Origin: Eledone cirrhosa | Lineage: Eukaryota | Direction: 5' to 3' | NCBI GenBank assembly: GCA_964016885.1 | Contig: OZ024742.1 | Span: 131,688,001 to 131,752,000, forward strand | Length of the DNA stretch: 64,000 bases | In this document: piece after piece, positions 59,080-64,000 of the stretch | Numbering within the stretch: position 1 is the stretch's first letter | How the letters are laid out: every line of letters begins with the position of its first letter | Made by a program: the position numbers and the translations under genes | The notes under the pieces: model-generated | Database searches by the model: none | What the model saw: the letters and a program-made list of their open reading frames with translations, nothing else | What the model was told of the DNA's origin: nothing

Positions 59080-59704
59080 CATATTGGCTACGTATATATA
59101 TATACTATATATATTGAATACTTATATATATATATATATATATTATAAGGAGAGACACTGGCCTGTTGGAGATGCAGGATATGGGAGCGATAATGCGGGA
59201 CAGAGGCTGCTGGAGAGAACTCGTCCATGGATCTCGGGAATTTTACCCGCCTTAAATAGATAGATAGATATTATACATATTGACTACTTTTATATATATA
59301 TTATACATATTGACTACTTTTATATATATATATATATTATACATATTGACTACTTATATATATATATATATATATTATACATATTGACTACTTTTATATA
59401 TATATATATTATACATATTGACTACTTTTATATATATATATATTATACATATTGACTACTTATATATATATATATATATATTATACATATTGACTACTTA
59501 TATATATATATATATATTATACATATTGAATACTGATATATATATATATATATATATATATCATACATATTGACTACTTATATATATATATATTATACAT
59601 ATTGACTACTTATATATATATATATATTATACATATTGACTACTTATATATATATATTATACATATTGACTACTTATATATATATATATTATACATATTG
59701 ACTA

Positions 59705-59743
<39 letters not shown>

Positions 59744-59754
59744 CATATTGACTA

Positions 59755-59789
<35 letters not shown>

Positions 59790-59870
59790 TATACATATTG
59801 ACTACTTATATATATATATATTATACATATTGACTACTTATATATATATATATATCATACATATTGACTA

Positions 59871-59912
<42 letters not shown>

Positions 59913-60001
59913 ACATACTGGCTTCGTATATATTTATATATATATTATATATATTGACTGCTTATATATATATATATATATTATACATATTGACTTATAT
60001 A

Positions 60002-60041
<40 letters not shown>

Positions 60042-60480
60042 CATATTGACTACTTATATATATATATATATATATAAATATATATATATATTATACATAT
60101 TGACTACTTATATATATATATATATATTATACATATTGACTACTTATATATATATATATATATATTATACATATTGACTACTTTTATATATATATATATT
60201 ATACATATTGACTACTTATATATATTTATATTATACATATTGACTACTTTTATATATATATATTATAGATATTGACTACTTATATATATATATATATATT
60301 ATACATATTGACTACTTATATATATATATTATACATATTGACTACTTATATATATATATATATATATATTATACATATTGACTACTTATATATATATATA
60401 TATTATACATATTGACTACTTATATATATATATTATACATATTGACTACTTATATATATATATATTATACATATTGACTA

Positions 60481-60527
<47 letters not shown>

Positions 60528-60538
60528 CATATTGACTA

Positions 60539-60571
<33 letters not shown>

Positions 60572-60652
60572 TATACATATTGACTACTTATATATATATA
60601 TATTATACATATTGACTACTTATATATATATATATATCATACATATTGACTA

Positions 60653-60698
<46 letters not shown>

Positions 60699-60787
60699 AC
60701 ATACTGGCTTCTTATATATATATATATATATTATATATATTGACTGCTTATATATATATATATATATTATACATATTGACTTATATA

Positions 60788-60835
<48 letters not shown>

Positions 60836-60910
60836 CATATTGACTACTTATATATATATATATATATATTATACATATTGACTACTTATATATATTATAC
60901 ATATTGACTA
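54558..60910. repeat. ~6.35-kb compound minisatellite, unit CTTA(TA)nTTATACATATTGACTA, roughly 170-200 units (estimate)
   Basis: Seen directly: constant core, variable (TA)n length and recurrent variant units. Confidence 0.97.
59147..59270 (+). mobile_element. Extremely 5'-truncated RTE-like LINE 3' end inserted in the minisatellite
   Basis: RRDTGLLEMQDMGAIMRDRGCWRELVHGSREFYPP* (DRxxWR terminus) followed directly by a (TAGA)n tail. Confidence 0.75.
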
Positions 60911-60959
60911 TCCAGCGAATTTCCGACCGATGAGGTTGAATATTTATAAAACAACTTTG

Positions 60960-61024
60960 TATTTTATCTGATGAAAGCGCACCAAGTTTTGCTTGGTCTC
61001 CTTTGAAATATATATAATAAAATA
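60960..61024 (+). ncRNA. Minimal type-I hammerhead ribozyme H9 (H1 family)
   Basis: UAUUUUAU-CUGAUGA-AAG..ACCAAG(UUUUG)CUUGGU..CUUU-GAAA-UAUAUA-UA-AUAAAAUA. Confidence 0.82.
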
Positions 61025-61232
61025 AATATGGTTTAATAAATATAGTTTCCATTTATTTAATATGATGGTATATATAATATATATATATATATAACGAAGG
61101 AAATGTGGTAAGGAACCAGGTGGACCATAACGCACCAAAGTACTCGATACTTAGGGTAGTAGAGTGGGTAATAGGGACGAGTAGGACCCCGACGGTAGAG
61201 CTCAAGCCATTTCGACGACTAATTCTGGACTC

Positions 61233-61297
<65 letters not shown>

Positions 61298-61457
61298 AAT
61301 AATATATATATAATTATATATATATATATATATGTAGGAGGTGAGTTTTATTGTAGTACAATAAAGCAATGCAGATATCGGATAAGAAGCACTCTACAGT
61401 TTGTAGGACTGGAGTATACATAATATAAGATCAAAAGATGGTTAAAGGAGTTCCATG

Positions 61458-61528
61458 TATTTTATTATGCGCATTTCAAAAACAAACATCATCATGCAAT
61501 AATATTTGTGTTTTCATCAGATAAAACA
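61458..61528 (-). ncRNA. Minimal type-I hammerhead ribozyme H10 in the 3' pLTR of the Penelope-like element
   Basis: UGUUUUAU-CUGAUGA-AAACACAAAUAUUAUU..GAUGAUGUUUGUUUUU-GAAA-UGCGCA-UA-AUAAAAUA; on the same strand as the ORF. Confidence 0.85.
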
Positions 61529-62583
61529 GGAGAACATGATATGAAGGCTAAAAAACACTTGTGGATAGTGCAGTTTTAAATCAACATATGAAAAGTGGTT
61601 TTAGATTGATGTGTGATATTGGGAAAAATATTTTATTTAGAGAGGGGGTGGGGAAGGATGAAAAAGGGGAGGAGATGAGAGGGAGAGATGGGTGATAGAG
61701 AGAAAGGGATAGTTTTTTATAACTGAGAGAATATATATTGTTTTACATAGAGAGGTTGAAAACCGTTGGAAGATAATGTATAAATTAAAAGAATTTGAAA
61801 ATTAGCGAAGGGAAAGATATGTACGAGGAAAAAATATTTTATTTAGGGAGGGGGCTGGAAAGGATGAAAAAAGGGGGAGGAGATGAGAGTGAAGGTGGAG
61901 AGGGAGAGATTGTTGATAGAGAGAAAGAGATAGTTTTTATAACTGAGAAAAGATATATTGTTTTACATAGAGAGGTTGAGAACCGTTGGAAGATAATGTA
62001 TAAATTAAAAGAATTTGAAAATTAGCGAAGGGAAAAATATTTGCGAGGAAAGAGAGGGAGTTTATGTATGAAGATAGAGAGAAAAAAATAATAATTGTGG
62101 ATGAATATTCTAACGTGAAAAAGGTGTATGTTGATAAGTATTGTGGCAATTTTAAAATTAACGAAGAGAAAAAAAATTATTAAGGTTTGTGTGTAGAAGG
62201 ATTTGAGAAAAATAATGTGAAGTTAAAGTTTGTATATTGAAGGAATTGATAATATATGCGAAGAACGAGTTAATATGTATTAAGAATGAGTTCGTTGATG
62301 GGGAGAAAAAAATAATAAATTAAGGATGAAATTGAGATTAAAAAGTTTTATGATAGAGAGAAAAAATAATAATAATTGCGGATGAATATTCTAACGTCAA
62401 AAAAACAAATGTATATGTTATGAAGGATTTTACAAGGTGAAGATAGAAAGAGGGTAATGAGTAAACAAATATTATAGAGTGTATAATGCCCTTTAAAGTA
62501 AGGTAGGAAGATGGGTATATTTTAAAGAGGTGTATGTATATGTGCCTTTGAGAAAAGATTCTAAATTGATAAAGAATTGAATA

Positions 62584-63960
62584 TTAACTGTATACTTTGT
62601 GAAAAGTCCTATGGAATTTATGCAGGCAGATAGAAAACAAATCTGTGCGTCTATTTATTATAGAATCTAGATTAGAGATAATGGTAAATTTTTCATTTAG
62701 GCAGAGATTACAGATTTTAGATAGAGAGCTGTTCAAGTATGAGGATGCAGAAGAAACCTTCTTCCAAAAGATGGTATATTTAATGTTTTTGTCTTTCAAG
62801 GACCATATGAGTTCTGAGAGAGCCGTGTTGGTTCTTTTAAGTTTGTATTTGAAAGATGAATGGTGATTATAGAGACGAGCTTTAAAAGAGGTGGAAGTGG
62901 AGCCAAAATAGGTGAAGGAATTGGTGCTAGTTATAACTTTACATTCATAAATTAAGTTTTTATCAAGACAATGGTTGTTGAGAGGACATTTATTTTTAAT
63001 GCAGCAGTTGCAATTAGAGAGATTATTAATGAGTGACCTAGTGTTATCTATAGAAGGAATTGGATTGGAGAAGTTGTTTGCGATAGGAATAATAGGAATA
63101 CTAGTTTCTTGATTTAGAGTTGGATTATGAACATTTAGCGAAGTTGTGTTTGACGTTGTATTTTGGTTTACAGAAGTTAGCCTAGGGTTTACAATGACGT
63201 CGGGAGTACTATTACTGTTATTATGAAATTCAATGTTGGAAGGAAGAGATTTAGTATTTAGTATTTTATTGTTGTGTTTAGAGATGATGTTGGAAATATT
63301 GGAGGATGTAGAATACGAAAATTTGATGGTGTGTTTGTTAAATATTTTACTATAGATATGTGAAGGAGGGAAGCATTTATTTAAGGCACTAAAAAATAAT
63401 TTAGGAATATTGTTATTAATAGAGATGGAGAAAGGAGCATTATACCAGTTTATGTTTTTGTATCTAGGTCTTTTATTAAAATTATTGGAATGATCATGAT
63501 TAATTATTCTACTGTATGTTTTTCTAGAATTTGTTTCTTTACTATATTTGATTTTATCTGGATAGCCAGCTTTAGAAAGTGCGTTATTATAGTAATTGGC
63601 GTTAGCATCAAAGATGTTTTTATTAGAAGATATGTTAGATATTCTTTTTCCAATATTACTAACTATAGCATTCTTGATATTGGTAGGATGGTTAGATTTA
63701 AAGTTAAGATAATTTAGGTTCTCATTGTTTTTATGGTAAGGGTAATATAGGCCAGTGTCAAGATTAAGAGATACATCCAAGAAATTAGCTAGTTTGATAC
63801 TATTATCAAATTCAATTTTTAGGTTATGTTGGTTAAAGAGATTACGTATATTGTTCTTAATAATATTAAGGTTAACTATATTGCAATTTAAGATAGTAAA
63901 GAGTCCATCGTCACGATAAATTCCACCGCGAAGTTGTGGTTTGGTACTTCTGAAGTGATT
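62584..63960 (-). CDS. Penelope-like RT C-terminal half plus GIY-YIG endonuclease (partial)
   Basis: The frame is open upstream of the tracked 63780 start and includes GGIYRDDGL and NFLDV. Then SNHP, WYNAPFS, K.SYS, CNCC..CPL..HC, LIYEC..TYFGST..FKAR..NH and CNLCLNEK. Confidence 0.9.
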   Translation of the reverse strand, partial: NHFRSTKPQLRGGIYRDDGLFTILNCNIVNLNIIKNNIRNLFNQHNLKIEFDNSIKLANFLDVSLNLDTGLYYPYHKNNENLNYLNFKSNHPTNIKNAIVSNIGKRISNISSNKNIFDANANYYNNALSKAGYPDKIKYSKETNSRKTYSRIINHDHSNNFNKRPRYKNINWYNAPFSISINNNIPKLFFSALNKCFPPSHIYSKIFNKHTIKFSYSTSSNISNIISKHNNKILNTKSLPSNIEFHNNSNSTPDVIVNPRLTSVNQNTTSNTTSLNVHNPTLNQETSIPIIPIANNFSNPIPSIDNTRSLINNLSNCNCCIKNKCPLNNHCLDKNLIYECKVITSTNSFTYFGSTSTSFKARLYNHHSSFKYKLKRTNTALSELIWSLKDKNIKYTIFWKKVSSASSYLNSSLSKICNLCLNEKFTIISNLDSIINRRTDLFSICLHKFHRTFHKVYS

Positions 63961-64000
63961 GGCTGGTTCAACAAATTGGATAATAAAAACAAACTAAAAT

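Larger units (their letters stand above)
61335..63960 (-). mobile_element. Penelope-like element (probably Nematis-type), 5'-truncated or rearranged, ending in (TA)n
   Basis: RT plus GIY-YIG ORF, then a ~1.25-kb 3' region with a ~230-bp tandem duplication (61610-62050) and hammerhead H10. Confidence 0.9.

Noticed and set aside
54558-60910. CRISPR-like repeat/spacer array
   Set aside because: The 'spacers' are only (TA)n of variable length, there are no cas genes, and the context is eukaryotic.

Overview
A very AT-rich, microsatellite-laden animal genomic window, with no host protein-coding gene that I can support. The dispersed tRNA-derived SINE (GAGTTCAAATCC..GTTAACTTTGCCTTTCATCCTTACGGGGTCGATAAAATAAAGTACCAGT) looks like octopod cephalopod SINEs; that taxon call is inference. 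Positions 1-11 kb are a pile-up of non-LTR retrotransposons: two Tx1-like L1-clade copies (-) and two R4/Dong-like RLE copies (+) separated by (TAA)n tracts, then an RTE (-). Further on are CRE-like remnants, a hAT MITE with an 8-bp TSD, a composite Tx1 bounded by (TCTA)n (50.4-54.2 kb), a ~6.3-kb compound (TA)n minisatellite and a Penelope-like element (RT end plus GIY-YIG) at the right end. The main signal missed by the ORF track is a set of 11 type-I hammerhead ribozyme motifs, intact or degenerate, on both strands. Most have a short palindrome in place of stem III and sit in Penelope pLTR-like fragments next to (TA)n tracts. All folds and alignments were done by eye, and most ORF-track entries are microsatellite translations.
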